Source: Promethearchaeota archaeon (GTDB lineage Archaea > Asgardarchaeota > Lokiarchaeia > Sigyniarchaeales > SOKP01). Taken from it: DNA of 64,000 nt. The notes beneath the pieces were generated by a model. It was not told where the DNA came from and did no database searches. It saw only the letters and a list, made by a program, of their open reading frames with translations. Position 1 is the stretch's first letter. Each line of letters opens with the position of its first letter. The position numbers were made by a program, and so were the translations under genes. Positions 41,245 to 52,105 of the stretch are shown here, piece after piece. The stretch is from the NCBI GenBank assembly GCA_016839585.1, contig JAEOTZ010000018.1, positions 64,948 to 128,947 of the forward strand, written 5' to 3'.

Positions 41245-42858
41245 CTATTTAATATAAATTGGTTGAAGTCCTGTTTGAAAATGACGTAATCGAAGTTTAG
41301 CACCTCGAGATATCTTCACTTTAGGGATCTTATCTCGATTCTTATATAATTCCGTTATTGCTGCTATAGCATAATCTATATGATTTGCACCATAAACATT
41401 CCTTGGGATAGCAAATCGTACCAAATTTAAAATACCTTTATGCTGTTCAGGATTTTTTTTATCCCATTCAAAAGCAAAAGGACCTAACTCACAAGCTCTA
41501 ATCCCATAATGTCTTAGGAGTTCAATCGTAAAACCAACACCCCCAAAATCATCTAGTTTTATATCAATTCCTTCAAAAAATTTATTCATATTAAGATAGA
41601 TAGCATGACCACCAGCAGGTAATATAACGGGAACCCCATTCTGGGCTAACTTTTTAGCGAATACTCTTACTTGTCTTTTTCTCTCATCTAAGTAAGTTTC
41701 TTGAATTACCTCATATAATCCTACAGCAAGAGCCATAATATCTCTCCCTGACATCCCTCCGTAAGAGTCATTTCCAAAAGTTAAAATTTGTTTTTCCTTT
41801 AACAATATACCGATATCTTCGCTAATGGAAAATTTTTCATGAAAGAGTCCCTTATCTCTAAAGAAAAGTCCTCCACCAATATTGGCTAATCCATCTTTTT
41901 TAAAGCTGATTGTGAAGCCATCTACATAAGAAAACATTTCTTTCACGATATTTGGAATTGTTTTATTCTTATACCCATTTTCAAACTCCCTTATAAAATT
42001 CGCATTTTCAGCAAATCTGCAGGCATCAAAAAAGAGAGGTATATTATATTTTTTGGCAATTTTATTAACTTCTTTTATATTTTGCATCGAAACGGGTTGA
42101 CCAGCAGCAGTATTATTAGTAATCGTTATATAGATTATCGGTATTGATTCTATTGATTTTTCCTGAATAAGCGTTTCTAACGCCTTTACATCCATATTCC
42201 CTTTAAATGGATTTCTTTTATCCATTTCATCATAAGGAAAATCGTCTAAAAGATTAGCCGAGAATAAATTCACTGGAATGATACCATTAGCATTAATATT
42301 TGCTTCAGTAGTATCAAAATGACCATTATTAGGTATATAATATTCTCTTTGTGGATCTCTTTCCTTTAATATTGGGGCTATAGTTGAGAAAAGTAAATGT
42401 TCAGCACAGCGACCCTGGGGAACGATAAAAGCGTTGGGACGTGAAAGTTGGGTTATTCCACCATTGACAAATCCTCCTTGATAATCCATAAGATAAAGTT
42501 CATCCATCAATCGTTTAATATTAGTCTCACCGGAAAGAATTAAATCTATAGCGCGTTTTGGTTTATTACCTCTTTCAAAAGTGTCTCTAATAGCATCAAG
42601 GAGAACATAATACCCCTTATTACGAGCATATGATTCATCTCCGTGAAATAGTGCCGACCATTGTAAATCTGTCATTGTCCCAGATCCAGAATCTGATAAA
42701 AAATCAACAAATATTAAATCTGCTGGAAATGAGAACATATTATATTCAGTTTTTTTAAGAGCGTATTCACGTTGTTCTTTTGTAACCTCTTTTATTGTTC
42801 TAACAACTAAAGGCTTATTAGCAGGAATTGGAACTCCTAATTCATATTGAGATTTCAA
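41245..42858 (-). CDS. Tryptophanase / tyrosine phenol-lyase family beta-eliminating lyase (long form)
   Basis: DFLSDSG, GDESYA, QGRCAE, HFDTT, FKGNMD, TNNTAAGQPVS, DACRFAEN, SFKKD (PLP Lys), YGGMSGRD, LRHF. Confidence 0.9.
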   Translation of the reverse strand: MKSQYELGVPIPANKPLVVRTIKEVTKEQREYALKKTEYNMFSFPADLIFVDFLSDSGSGTMTDLQWSALFHGDESYARNKGYYVLLDAIRDTFERGNKPKRAIDLILSGETNIKRLMDELYLMDYQGGFVNGGITQLSRPNAFIVPQGRCAEHLLFSTIAPILKERDPQREYYIPNNGHFDTTEANINANGIIPVNLFSANLLDDFPYDEMDKRNPFKGNMDVKALETLIQEKSIESIPIIYITITNNTAAGQPVSMQNIKEVNKIAKKYNIPLFFDACRFAENANFIREFENGYKNKTIPNIVKEMFSYVDGFTISFKKDGLANIGGGLFFRDKGLFHEKFSISEDIGILLKEKQILTFGNDSYGGMSGRDIMALAVGLYEVIQETYLDERKRQVRVFAKKLAQNGVPVILPAGGHAIYLNMNKFFEGIDIKLDDFGGVGFTIELLRHYGIRACELGPFAFEWDKKNPEQHKGILNLVRFAIPRNVYGANHIDYAIAAITELYKNRDKIPKVKISRGAKLRLRHFQTGLQPIYIK

Positions 42859-43023
42859 AATTCAAACCAATCTAGTAATTATTTTAGTATTATCTAAATG
42901 GCGATAAATAATTAAGAAATATTATAAGAAATATTCTAAAACATTTAGATTAATTTTTCAATGTTTAAAAATTTAAATACCTAATAGTCACATCTGAAAA
43001 AAGTAGGGTGTAATCTATTTTTC

Positions 43024-43692
43024 TTAAAAGGCAAGACTTGATCCTCTTTCATGGCGTTTTTTTAAATCATTAAATATATGACTGATAACATCATCAGTAG
43101 TTATTGCTTTTACCCATTTTTTATCCCATTCTGAACTTTTAAAAGCATTCTTCCATTGTGCCGAATAACGTAATAATCCTAGCAAAGATCTGGTTGAAGC
43201 ATCCATCATCTCTGATCTCGTTGTGATAACAGTACGCAAAGTATTAATTAATCCCTCCCGCACTTCTGGTTTAATTAAAATATGCTGGCTTCCTTGATTT
43301 TGTATAATACCTTTATTTTCAAGCTCCTTCCACAGACCATCCTCTAAATTCCATCTCTTATTCGCTAAAAATTTGATTAATTTAGATAGATTATTCGATC
43401 GAAATTTTTGTAAACGACCAAAGATAGTTTGTAAAAATGGGTTATCGACTGGTTTTTCTCTCTGCATTGTAAATGTACATAATTTACGAAAGTCAGCAAT
43501 TCTCTCTAGGAATTTACTACCGAAGCCAAGAGATCTCTGTAAATATGGCTCGAGATTACCCGAGATTTCTAAATCGTGTACAATTGAGGTTGCAAGAGTG
43601 TATCTTTTGAACCAACTCTTTGCCTGCCATTTTAATACATTATCTTTATATCTTGAACAGATAAGTAAACATCTTTCTCCTATAAGTAACAA
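43024..43692 (-). CDS. GPP34/GOLPH3/Vps74-like protein
   Basis: Pattern L.I.E..LL, YTLA.SI..DL...G.L, P.D.P.L......L, L...L..KG.I, E.....LR..I, D..T..LLGLL follows the GPP34 family layout. Confidence 0.62.
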   Translation of the reverse strand: MLLIGERCLLICSRYKDNVLKWQAKSWFKRYTLATSIVHDLEISGNLEPYLQRSLGFGSKFLERIADFRKLCTFTMQREKPVDNPFLQTIFGRLQKFRSNNLSKLIKFLANKRWNLEDGLWKELENKGIIQNQGSQHILIKPEVREGLINTLRTVITTRSEMMDASTRSLLGLLRYSAQWKNAFKSSEWDKKWVKAITTDDVISHIFNDLKKRHERGSSLAF

Positions 43693-43797
43693 AATAATTA
43701 TCCTCCTAGGAACTATGTATTGATTTCACTTATTAAATAAAATAATTCAGTTATGAATATAAATCTATTTTATAAAAACAGATAAATCAAGGATCTA

Positions 43798-44328
43798 TTA
43801 TATGCCTGATTTTTCAATCATTACACGGCTTATCGTTTCGAAAACAACTTCTACATTTTCTCCAGTTTTAGATGAACACTCAATAAAATCTAAAAAATTA
43901 TTCTCCTTGGTAAAATTTTTTCCTTCTTCTGTAGAGACTGTTCTATTTTCTTCAAGATCGAATTTAGATCCAACTAAAATTGTAGAAACCTCTTGACTAT
44001 TTTCTTTATTAGCTTTATTAAATACTCTCAACCACTCAATTAATGATTCAAATGTAGAATATCGGGTAATATCATACATAAATATAGTTCCTTGTGCCCC
44101 AAGAACAGCACTAGGTAAAAGAAATCTGAATTTTTCTTCTCCAGCAAAATCCCATATTTGCAAAGATATTTTATTTCCATCAATTTCAAGTTTTTTCAAA
44201 TAGAAATCCATACCAATGGTTAATTGATATTTTTCTTCGAAAATTCCTGTTAAATATCGATTAGTTAGAGTTGTTTTACCAACACCTCCATCTCCGAAAA
44301 TTACAACTTTATATTTTGTATAAGCCAT
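43798..44328 (-). CDS. Rab-like small GTPase
   Basis: GDGGVGKT, TIGMDF, WDFAGE, GSKFD, ECSSK. Confidence 0.93.
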   Translation of the reverse strand: MAYTKYKVVIFGDGGVGKTTLTNRYLTGIFEEKYQLTIGMDFYLKKLEIDGNKISLQIWDFAGEEKFRFLLPSAVLGAQGTIFMYDITRYSTFESLIEWLRVFNKANKENSQEVSTILVGSKFDLEENRTVSTEEGKNFTKENNFLDFIECSSKTGENVEVVFETISRVMIEKSGI

Positions 44329-44567
44329 TTTCTAGAGTTTTTTCTAAAATAATTGGTTCTAATTTTTACCAATTTATAATGATAAAATCTAGCTTAAATA
44401 AATTGAATTTTTAATTTAAAGATTAATTAATACATAGATTTATAAGTTCATAAACGTAGGTGTGTTATTTAATTAAAATATAAAAATTTTAAAGATTATT
44501 ATTCTTAAAAGTGAATATTATATAAATAAAAATTAGAATTTAATTTTAGATAGGTACAGAAACGATC

Positions 44568-46256
44568 ATGGAATTGCCAGATTATATCAAAAATCGATAT
44601 TGGAAGGAGTACTTGCCCCCTGGAATCACATTAGAAATAAATATACCTGAGGATATTTCTTTAGTTGATATTTTTGAAAAGGGTGCTAAAGAGTATGGTG
44701 ATAATATAGCTCTGGATTATTATGGAAGAGAATTTACGTTTAAAGAAATGGACAGTTTAACAAGACGATTTGCCAGTGCCTTATTGAAGTTAGGTCTAAA
44801 GAAAGGAGATATTGTCGCTCTATGGTTGCCAAATTGCCCACACTTTAGCATTTGTTATTTTGCTACATTAAGTCTCGGTGCAACCTTAACAGCTATTAGT
44901 CCCTTGTTCGTTGCGAGAGAAATGGCTTATCAAATAAAGGATTCATGTGCTAAATTTCTAATAATGATTGATAGATTTTTTCCTCAATATAATCGAACTA
45001 AAGATGAGTTACCATTAGAAAAAGTAATTCTTGTTAATGTTGAAGGTAAAACTCCCGATATTCCTGAAGATGACAAAATTATCCATTTTAATACCATAAT
45101 GGATCAAAATCCTGAACCAATCACAGATTTTAAAATTGATATTAATCCTAAAGAATATATAGCTGTTATTCAATATACAGGGGGAACAACAGGGCTACCT
45201 AAAGGAGCAATGCTTACGCATTATAATATTATTGCAAATATTTATCAAATGAAACAAATTTCCGATTATATGAGAGATGTTTATCTTAAAGAAAATTTCA
45301 TAACTCTTTCTGTGCTTCCATGGTATCATATTTATGGGCAAACATGTGAACTTGCCCAAGGTCCTTTACTTGGTTCAAAAGGAATAATAATGGCTACATT
45401 CGATATCCCCAAAATCCTTGAAGTAATACAGAAGCACAAACCAAATTTAATGCTTGGAGTACCAACCATGTTTATAAATCTTCTAAATTATCCCCAGAGT
45501 AAAGATATAGATTTTTCTTGTTTAAAATATGCAAATGTTGGAGCCGGAGCTTTACCTACAGAATTATTTAAAGCGTGGGAAAAAAAGACAGGTTTTGCTT
45601 TGGGAGAAGGCTATGGGCTATCAGAAACAAGTCCAACAGTCACAAATTCTCCACCGTGGGCAAGAAAAAAAATTGGAAGTTGCGGTCATCCAGTAGCAAA
45701 TACTTTGGTTGGAATTATAAATGAAAACTTGGAGTTTTTGCCTGTTGGAGAAGCAGGAGAATTAGTAGTTAGTGGTCCACAGGTAATGCTAGGATATCAT
45801 AATCGCCCAGAAGAGAATAAGAAAGTCTTTTTTGAAGCGGGGGGATATAGTTGGCTTCGAACAGGAGATTTTGCAAAATTAGATGAAGAAGGATATATCT
45901 TTTTACTCGATCGTATTAAGGATATGATAAAATACAAGGGTCACAGCGTATATCCAAGAGAAATTGAGGAGATTCTATATGAACATCCAGCTATTTTGGA
46001 ATGTGGCATAGTTGGAGTGCCAGATCCAGTAAAAGGAGAAGAGATATTAGCTCATATTATACTTAAGCCTGAATATAGAAGTAAAGTCAGTGAACAAGAA
46101 ATTATTGATTGGGCAAAAGAAAATATGGCAACATATAAATATCCTAGAATTGTGAAATTTGTGAACAGTTTGCCTAAAAGTGCTGTTGGAAAAGTATTAA
46201 GACGAGTTATTAGAGAGAAAGAGGCTAAAAAAACGGAAAAAAAGAGAAAAAAGTAG
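44568..46256 (+). CDS. Long-chain-fatty-acid--CoA ligase (FadD-like)
   Basis: YTGGTTGLPKG, EGYGLSE, GEL...GPQVMLGY, RTGD, DRIKDMI, PKSAVGK. Confidence 0.93.
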   Translation: MELPDYIKNRYWKEYLPPGITLEINIPEDISLVDIFEKGAKEYGDNIALDYYGREFTFKEMDSLTRRFASALLKLGLKKGDIVALWLPNCPHFSICYFATLSLGATLTAISPLFVAREMAYQIKDSCAKFLIMIDRFFPQYNRTKDELPLEKVILVNVEGKTPDIPEDDKIIHFNTIMDQNPEPITDFKIDINPKEYIAVIQYTGGTTGLPKGAMLTHYNIIANIYQMKQISDYMRDVYLKENFITLSVLPWYHIYGQTCELAQGPLLGSKGIIMATFDIPKILEVIQKHKPNLMLGVPTMFINLLNYPQSKDIDFSCLKYANVGAGALPTELFKAWEKKTGFALGEGYGLSETSPTVTNSPPWARKKIGSCGHPVANTLVGIINENLEFLPVGEAGELVVSGPQVMLGYHNRPEENKKVFFEAGGYSWLRTGDFAKLDEEGYIFLLDRIKDMIKYKGHSVYPREIEEILYEHPAILECGIVGVPDPVKGEEILAHIILKPEYRSKVSEQEIIDWAKENMATYKYPRIVKFVNSLPKSAVGKVLRRVIREKEAKKTEKKRKK

Positions 46257-46436
46257 AGTCATAATTGAATATTTTTTTATTATAAATAAGTGAAAATTTT
46301 TATACACTATAAAAAATTATTATTTAAGCAAGGACATCAATAATATATTTATATTTCAGTTGAGATTAATAAGATAAGAGATTTTCAAATAAGGAATAAG
46401 AACTTTTTATAAGAAGCATTTAAATTATTGTTATAA

Positions 46437-48815
46437 TTGAAGGCTAGAACTTTGAATGAGAGAATAACAAAATTGCGCAGTGAAAGTCGTAAAGCAATTC
46501 CCTATGTCTCATTAGAAAGAGCTTTATTAATAACAGAATTTTATAAAACTGGTGCCGCTCATAAATTTTCCCTACCAGTAGCTAGAGCTAAAGCATTTAA
46601 ATACATTATAGAAAATAAGAAAATTTGCATTAATGAAGGAGAATTAATTGTTGGTGAACGCGGGCCTGAACCTAAAGCAACATCCACTTATCCTGAAGTT
46701 TGCTGTCATAGTTTAGAAGATTTGGAAATATTACATAATCGAGAAAAAATTTCTTTTAAAATATCTGAAGATGTAATACAAAATCAAAAAGAAATAATAA
46801 TTACATTTTGGAAAGGAAGATCAATTCGCGATAAAATTTTTTCCCAAGTTGATAAAGAATGGAAAGATGCGTATGAATCCGGTATATTTACAGAATTTAT
46901 GGAACAAAGAGCTCCCGGACATACGGTTGCAGGAAAGAACATATGGAAAAAAGGATTTTTAAATTTTAAAAAAGAGATAGAATTTAGTATCAAAAACTTA
47001 GACTTTTACAATGATCCTGATGCTTTGAATAAGAGAGAACAATTGAGAGCGATGGATATTGCAGCAGATGCAATTATAATTCTGGCAAAACGTTATGCTC
47101 AAGAAGCTTTAAATTTAGCAAAAAAGCAAAGTGATCCGATTAGAAAAAAGGAATTAGAAAAGATCGCTGAAATTTGTTCTTATGTGCCCGCACATGCACC
47201 CAGAACGTTTTGGGAAGCGCTCCAGCATTATTGGTTTATTCATCTTGGAGTTATAATTGAATTTAACACTTGGGATTCTTTCAATCCTGGACGTTTAGAC
47301 CAAAATTTATATCCTTTCTTTAAAAAAGATAAAGCTGAAGGAATTTTAACTCAAGAAAAAGTTATTGAACTTCTTCAAGCTTTTTGGGTAAAATTTAATA
47401 ACCAACCAGCACCCCCTAAGGTTGGTGTAACAGCTGAAGAAAGCAACACCTATACTGATTTCTGCAATATAAATATAGGAGGATTAAAAGAAGATGGAAC
47501 TAATGGTGTTAATGAACTCTCCTATATACTTCTGGATGTAATTGAAGAAATGAGAATACTTCAACCAAGTAGTAATGTTCAAGTTAGTAAAAAGACACCA
47601 GATGAGTTTTTAAAACGAACAATCAAGATTGTTAAAACTGGCTTTGGTCAACCCTCAATTTTTAATACAGATGCGATTATACAAGAATTAACTAAACAAG
47701 GAAAAGCATTAATTGATGCTCGTAATGGGGGAGCTAGTGGTTGCGTAGAAGTAGGGGCTTTTGGGAAAGAAGCATATATTTTAACAGGATATTTTAATCT
47801 TGTAAAAATTCTAGAAATCACTCTAAATAATGGAAAAGATCCAATAAGAGGCAAAGAAATTGGATTAAAGACGGGAGATCCTACTACATTTAAAACTTTT
47901 GATGATTTAATGGAAGCATATACAAAACAGATTAACTATTTTGTTGATATTAAAATTAAAGGAAACCAAATTATAGAACGACTTTGGGCTAAACTTCCAG
48001 CTGTTTTTATGTCAATCATCATTGAAGATTGTATTCAGAATGGAGAAGATTATAATGATGGAGGAGCAAAATACAATACTTCTTATATCCAAATCGTCGG
48101 GACGGGTAGCATAACCGATTGCTTAACTTCTATTAAATATAATGTTTATAATAAAAAACTTATTACAATGGAAGAAATGCTAAAAGCGCTTGAGAAGAAC
48201 TTCAATGAATTTGAGGTTATAAGGCAAAAATTGATATATAGGACTCCAAAATATGGTAATGATGAAGATTATGCTGATAATATCACTAAACAGGTATTCG
48301 AAATTGTTTATAATGCAATTGATGGGCGCCCAAATACTCGAGGTGGAGTACATAGGATAAATTTATTACCTACAACAGTACATATTTATTTTGGAAAAGT
48401 AACAGGGGCGACCCCTGACGGCAGAAAAGCATATTATCCATTATCTGAAGGAATTTCACCAGTACAAGGAATGGATGTTAAAGGGCCTACAGCAGTAATA
48501 AAATCTGCTGGAAAAATTGATCATCTCCGAACAGGAGGAACTTTATTGAATCAGAAATTTGCCCCAAAATTTTTCTCAAGTGATTCTGGTATAAATAATA
48601 TAGTTCATTTAATACGTACATATTTTGAAATGAATGGGCATCATATACAATTCAATGTTGTTTCGGCTGATACTCTACAAGCTGCCCAAAAAAATCCAGA
48701 ACAATATCATAATTTAATTGTGCGTGTAGCAGGTTATAGTGACTACTTTGTTAATTTAGGTGAAGACTTACAAGATGAGATAATTAGAAGAACGGAACAT
48801 ATATCATACTATTAA
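46437..48815 (+). CDS. hypD: Glycyl radical enzyme, trans-4-hydroxy-L-proline dehydratase type
   Basis: TYPEVCCH, FTEFMEQRAPGHTV, FNNQPAPPKVG..AEESNTYTDF, SGCVE Cys loop and RVAGYS Gly loop match my recollection of clostridial HypD. Confidence 0.82.
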   Translation: MKARTLNERITKLRSESRKAIPYVSLERALLITEFYKTGAAHKFSLPVARAKAFKYIIENKKICINEGELIVGERGPEPKATSTYPEVCCHSLEDLEILHNREKISFKISEDVIQNQKEIIITFWKGRSIRDKIFSQVDKEWKDAYESGIFTEFMEQRAPGHTVAGKNIWKKGFLNFKKEIEFSIKNLDFYNDPDALNKREQLRAMDIAADAIIILAKRYAQEALNLAKKQSDPIRKKELEKIAEICSYVPAHAPRTFWEALQHYWFIHLGVIIEFNTWDSFNPGRLDQNLYPFFKKDKAEGILTQEKVIELLQAFWVKFNNQPAPPKVGVTAEESNTYTDFCNINIGGLKEDGTNGVNELSYILLDVIEEMRILQPSSNVQVSKKTPDEFLKRTIKIVKTGFGQPSIFNTDAIIQELTKQGKALIDARNGGASGCVEVGAFGKEAYILTGYFNLVKILEITLNNGKDPIRGKEIGLKTGDPTTFKTFDDLMEAYTKQINYFVDIKIKGNQIIERLWAKLPAVFMSIIIEDCIQNGEDYNDGGAKYNTSYIQIVGTGSITDCLTSIKYNVYNKKLITMEEMLKALEKNFNEFEVIRQKLIYRTPKYGNDEDYADNITKQVFEIVYNAIDGRPNTRGGVHRINLLPTTVHIYFGKVTGATPDGRKAYYPLSEGISPVQGMDVKGPTAVIKSAGKIDHLRTGGTLLNQKFAPKFFSSDSGINNIVHLIRTYFEMNGHHIQFNVVSADTLQAAQKNPEQYHNLIVRVAGYSDYFVNLGEDLQDEIIRRTEHISYY

Positions 48816-48853
48816 TTAAATTAAAAAACTTAAGAGAAAATACTGTATTATCA

Positions 48854-50287
48854 TTATTTCTTTAGCGAATTAAACTTATTTTCTTCTAAAATTTTTACTC
48901 GTTCAGTTAAAATATTTTTTATGTTTTTTCGATCATTTGGGAACCACTTTACGGCAAGTATCCATAGTATAACTCCCGGAACAATACATAAAACAACAAT
49001 TAAGACAGTAATTTGGTAATTTGTACTTGTATAAGCTAAAAGAATTCCGCATAGTAGAGGGCCTATTCCACGTCCAAATTGTTCTAAAAATTGATTCCAA
49101 GAAACTATTTGCCCTTGAGCCTCAGGTAAATTGATCTGTTGAATTACTGGACTTTGGTTTACTAAATATAAAGAAAAAATAGATCTAGAAGTAAAAAATA
49201 AAGCTCCCATTATCCACATTGTAGGCAATGACAACATGTAAGCTATATCCTTGCCTTGTTCAGGAGTCATGCGAACCCAAGGAAGATAAAAGAAAAGAGC
49301 AAAAGTAAATAAACCTCCTATTATAGCAATAACAATTATTGGTAACCTTCTCACTGGATCTTTCAAAGCAATCTTGTCACTAATTCTTGATAAAAATATT
49401 TGTCCTACTAATCCACCAGTTAAACCAAAAAAAACCATAAAAACTCCCACTGAAAATGGTGCTATGTTATATGGTGGATTTTGAACATAATTTAAAATTA
49501 AAAAGTTAAGACTACTCATAAGAATACAAGTAAATATACCCTCAATAAGAGCTACAACATTCGTTCTGCTGAGCATTGTTTTACGCATCATTTCTCTATC
49601 AATCTGAAAATCATATTCAATATTAGAATCTTGCAGGATATGTAATAATTCTTCTTGTTGGGCACCTCTTTTAGGTTCTTTATTATGAATTGCAAAGATG
49701 ACACCTCCTAGAAGAATGAATACTCCTATACCCCAAAAAAATTCTCTCCATTGACCATTTTGAACTAAATAGGTTGCTATTAACCAACCGATTATATTTG
49801 TTGTAGAACGTACAATTTCATATACCCCAAAAAATCGAGAACGACGATCTCTAGCAACAACATCGTTTGATAATGAAATTACAGCAGGCCAAGTACCCCC
49901 TGAAAAAAAGCCAAAAAGAGCAATGAAAGTAAAAAAGTACCACCAAGTATTAACTTCACCTCCTTTAATAGCAAAACCCAACATAAACATTGAGATCCCC
50001 CTAAAGAGAGATATTATGATTATAATTTTCTTTCGAGAGTATTTATCAATAAGTCGACCAAAATATAGCCCAGCAAAAGAAGAACTCCATGATAAAGTTG
50101 TATATAAAATACCCATTTCTAAAGCATGAATATCTGATGGATCATTTGGCCAAATAATTAAAGCAAGGGGAACTACAAGTACAATTATTGCACCATAAGC
50201 TATACTTTGGAACCCATTTAATAAGTATAATGGCCAAAAGATTTTATTGAAAGATTTTTCTGAATTTAGATTATTATCATTAGCCAT
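48854..50287 (-). CDS. MFS transporter
   Basis: About 12 TMs, motif A GRLIDKYSRK, EPKRG loop. Confidence 0.9.
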   Translation of the reverse strand: MANDNNLNSEKSFNKIFWPLYLLNGFQSIAYGAIIVLVVPLALIIWPNDPSDIHALEMGILYTTLSWSSSFAGLYFGRLIDKYSRKKIIIIISLFRGISMFMLGFAIKGGEVNTWWYFFTFIALFGFFSGGTWPAVISLSNDVVARDRRSRFFGVYEIVRSTTNIIGWLIATYLVQNGQWREFFWGIGVFILLGGVIFAIHNKEPKRGAQQEELLHILQDSNIEYDFQIDREMMRKTMLSRTNVVALIEGIFTCILMSSLNFLILNYVQNPPYNIAPFSVGVFMVFFGLTGGLVGQIFLSRISDKIALKDPVRRLPIIVIAIIGGLFTFALFFYLPWVRMTPEQGKDIAYMLSLPTMWIMGALFFTSRSIFSLYLVNQSPVIQQINLPEAQGQIVSWNQFLEQFGRGIGPLLCGILLAYTSTNYQITVLIVVLCIVPGVILWILAVKWFPNDRKNIKNILTERVKILEENKFNSLKK

Positions 50288-50303
50288 ATTTGTAAGCTTA
50301 CTG

Positions 50304-50361
50304 TACTATATTCTTAAGTTGTTTTGTAAAATGAGTTTTAAAATTTTAAGATATTGAAATT
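50304..50361. repeat. 58-bp direct repeat, copy 1
   Basis: TACTATATTCTTAAGTTGTTTTGTAAAATGAGTTTTAAAATTTTAAGATATTGAAATT; 56/58 identical to 52106-52163. Confidence 0.95.
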
Positions 50362-50598
50362 ATAATTAGAATTTCAAGTAGTTTATTTTAAATAATAAAA
50401 AAAAAGTTTGGAATAGAATAATTATTCACATTATTAGAATTAATGAAAATCTAACAAATGCGTATCCAAAAACATTTCTGAAAATAATTTCCTGTTTCAT
50501 TTTTATAAGTGTAAATTCTAGTGGAATGGAAAGAGTTAAATAGTCGATTAAAAAAAAGTAACTTAGTAAAATTATTCATCTTTAAGGATGTAAATAAT

Positions 50599-52050
50599 AT
50601 GAAATCTGAAAAAAAGAATATGACATTCTTAATTACATTACTCTTTGGACTAATTTTATTTAATCTCTATATTTGCATTTGCGGTAAACCAGGAACTTCA
50701 AATGAAATCTTGAATAAAATATATGATTTAAATATAAAAAATTCAGCATGGAATTGGACTAATACTGTAGTTGTTTCTACAACCGGTCTTCCTTCAGAAC
50801 ATCCCGATATCGCTGTTGATATAGAAGGGAATGTTCACATAACATGGCAAGAAAATAATGACATATATTATAGATATTATGATATCACCACATCTAATTG
50901 GAGTATAACTGAATTGGTTTCTACAGAAACAACGGCTACTGCACAATTACCAAGTATAGGAGTTGATAAAGAATTACGTGTCCACATTATATGGTATGAT
51001 AATACAAATTATATGGGGGCGGGGACTGATATGGACGTCTTCTACAAATGTAAAGAGATAAATAAAACATGGACAACAACTGAGGTGGTTTCTACAGAAA
51101 GTACAATGAATTTATATAGCATGCCAAAACTCGCGGTAGGTCCAGATAGTACCATTCACGTAGTATGGAACGAAGATAGGGGTGGGTCAGATTGGGATAT
51201 TTTATATAAGAAGAAACCTCCTGGTGGTACTTGGATAGGATTTGAAGAAGTATGCAATGCTACAGTAGGATTATCATACCGACCAGACATATTCGTAGAT
51301 GCAGAGGGGTCTGTTCACGTGGTCTGGTTAGATGATAGGAATTTCTATAATGCAGGTGGGGACTGGGATATTTTTTATAGGTATTGGGATGTTGAAACCA
51401 ATAATTGGATGATGATTGAGGTGGTTTCTACAGAAAGTACTAGTGATTCGTTTGTTCCAAGTGTTGCGGTAGATGGAGAAGGCTCAGCGCATGTGGTATG
51501 GTTTGATTTAACAGATCTCGGCTGTGGTACTGATCAGGATATTTTTTACAAATATCGGAATGCTATTACGAGTAATTGGACAGTCACCGAGGTATTAACT
51601 CAAGGATTCGATGGTGGAGCATTCCATCCTGTAATTACTACAGATGTTTTGGATAATCTTCATGTGGCTTGGCACGACACGACTAATTACAATGGATCTG
51701 GTAGTGATTTTGATATTATTTATAGACGTTGGAATAATACATTAGGTATTTGGATGGCTCCAGAGGTAGTATCTACTGGAAGTTCAGTAATTTCAAGGCG
51801 TCCTAATATTGCTGTAGATAATATAATAAATGTTCACATCGTATGGCAGGATACAATGGATTATGACGGGGCAGGTACAGATTGGGATATTTTCTATCAA
51901 AGTAATTTCGTTGAGTCGGGCCCCTCTCCATCAAAAAAAGGTTTTGTTATCCCAGGTCCTGATTTATTTTTACTTGGATTTGTAATATTATTCACTGCAA
52001 TATATATAATTAAAACTCTTATTTCAAATAAAAAATTATATCCAAAATAA
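50599..52050 (+). CDS. Secreted 7-bladed beta-propeller surface protein with IPG-TM-basic sorting tail; probable ATG at 50599
   Basis: Signal-like N-terminus, seven repeats P.IAVD..G.VHVVW.D...GAG.D.DIFY...W...EVVST, and C-terminal IPG + TM + KK. Confidence 0.85.
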   Translation: MKSEKKNMTFLITLLFGLILFNLYICICGKPGTSNEILNKIYDLNIKNSAWNWTNTVVVSTTGLPSEHPDIAVDIEGNVHITWQENNDIYYRYYDITTSNWSITELVSTETTATAQLPSIGVDKELRVHIIWYDNTNYMGAGTDMDVFYKCKEINKTWTTTEVVSTESTMNLYSMPKLAVGPDSTIHVVWNEDRGGSDWDILYKKKPPGGTWIGFEEVCNATVGLSYRPDIFVDAEGSVHVVWLDDRNFYNAGGDWDIFYRYWDVETNNWMMIEVVSTESTSDSFVPSVAVDGEGSAHVVWFDLTDLGCGTDQDIFYKYRNAITSNWTVTEVLTQGFDGGAFHPVITTDVLDNLHVAWHDTTNYNGSGSDFDIIYRRWNNTLGIWMAPEVVSTGSSVISRRPNIAVDNIINVHIVWQDTMDYDGAGTDWDIFYQSNFVESGPSPSKKGFVIPGPDLFLLGFVILFTAIYIIKTLISNKKLYPK

Positions 52051-52105
52051 GTTTTAACTCAATTTAAACACTTTTTTTTATTTATTTAGAATTAAGATAT
52101 TGTTA

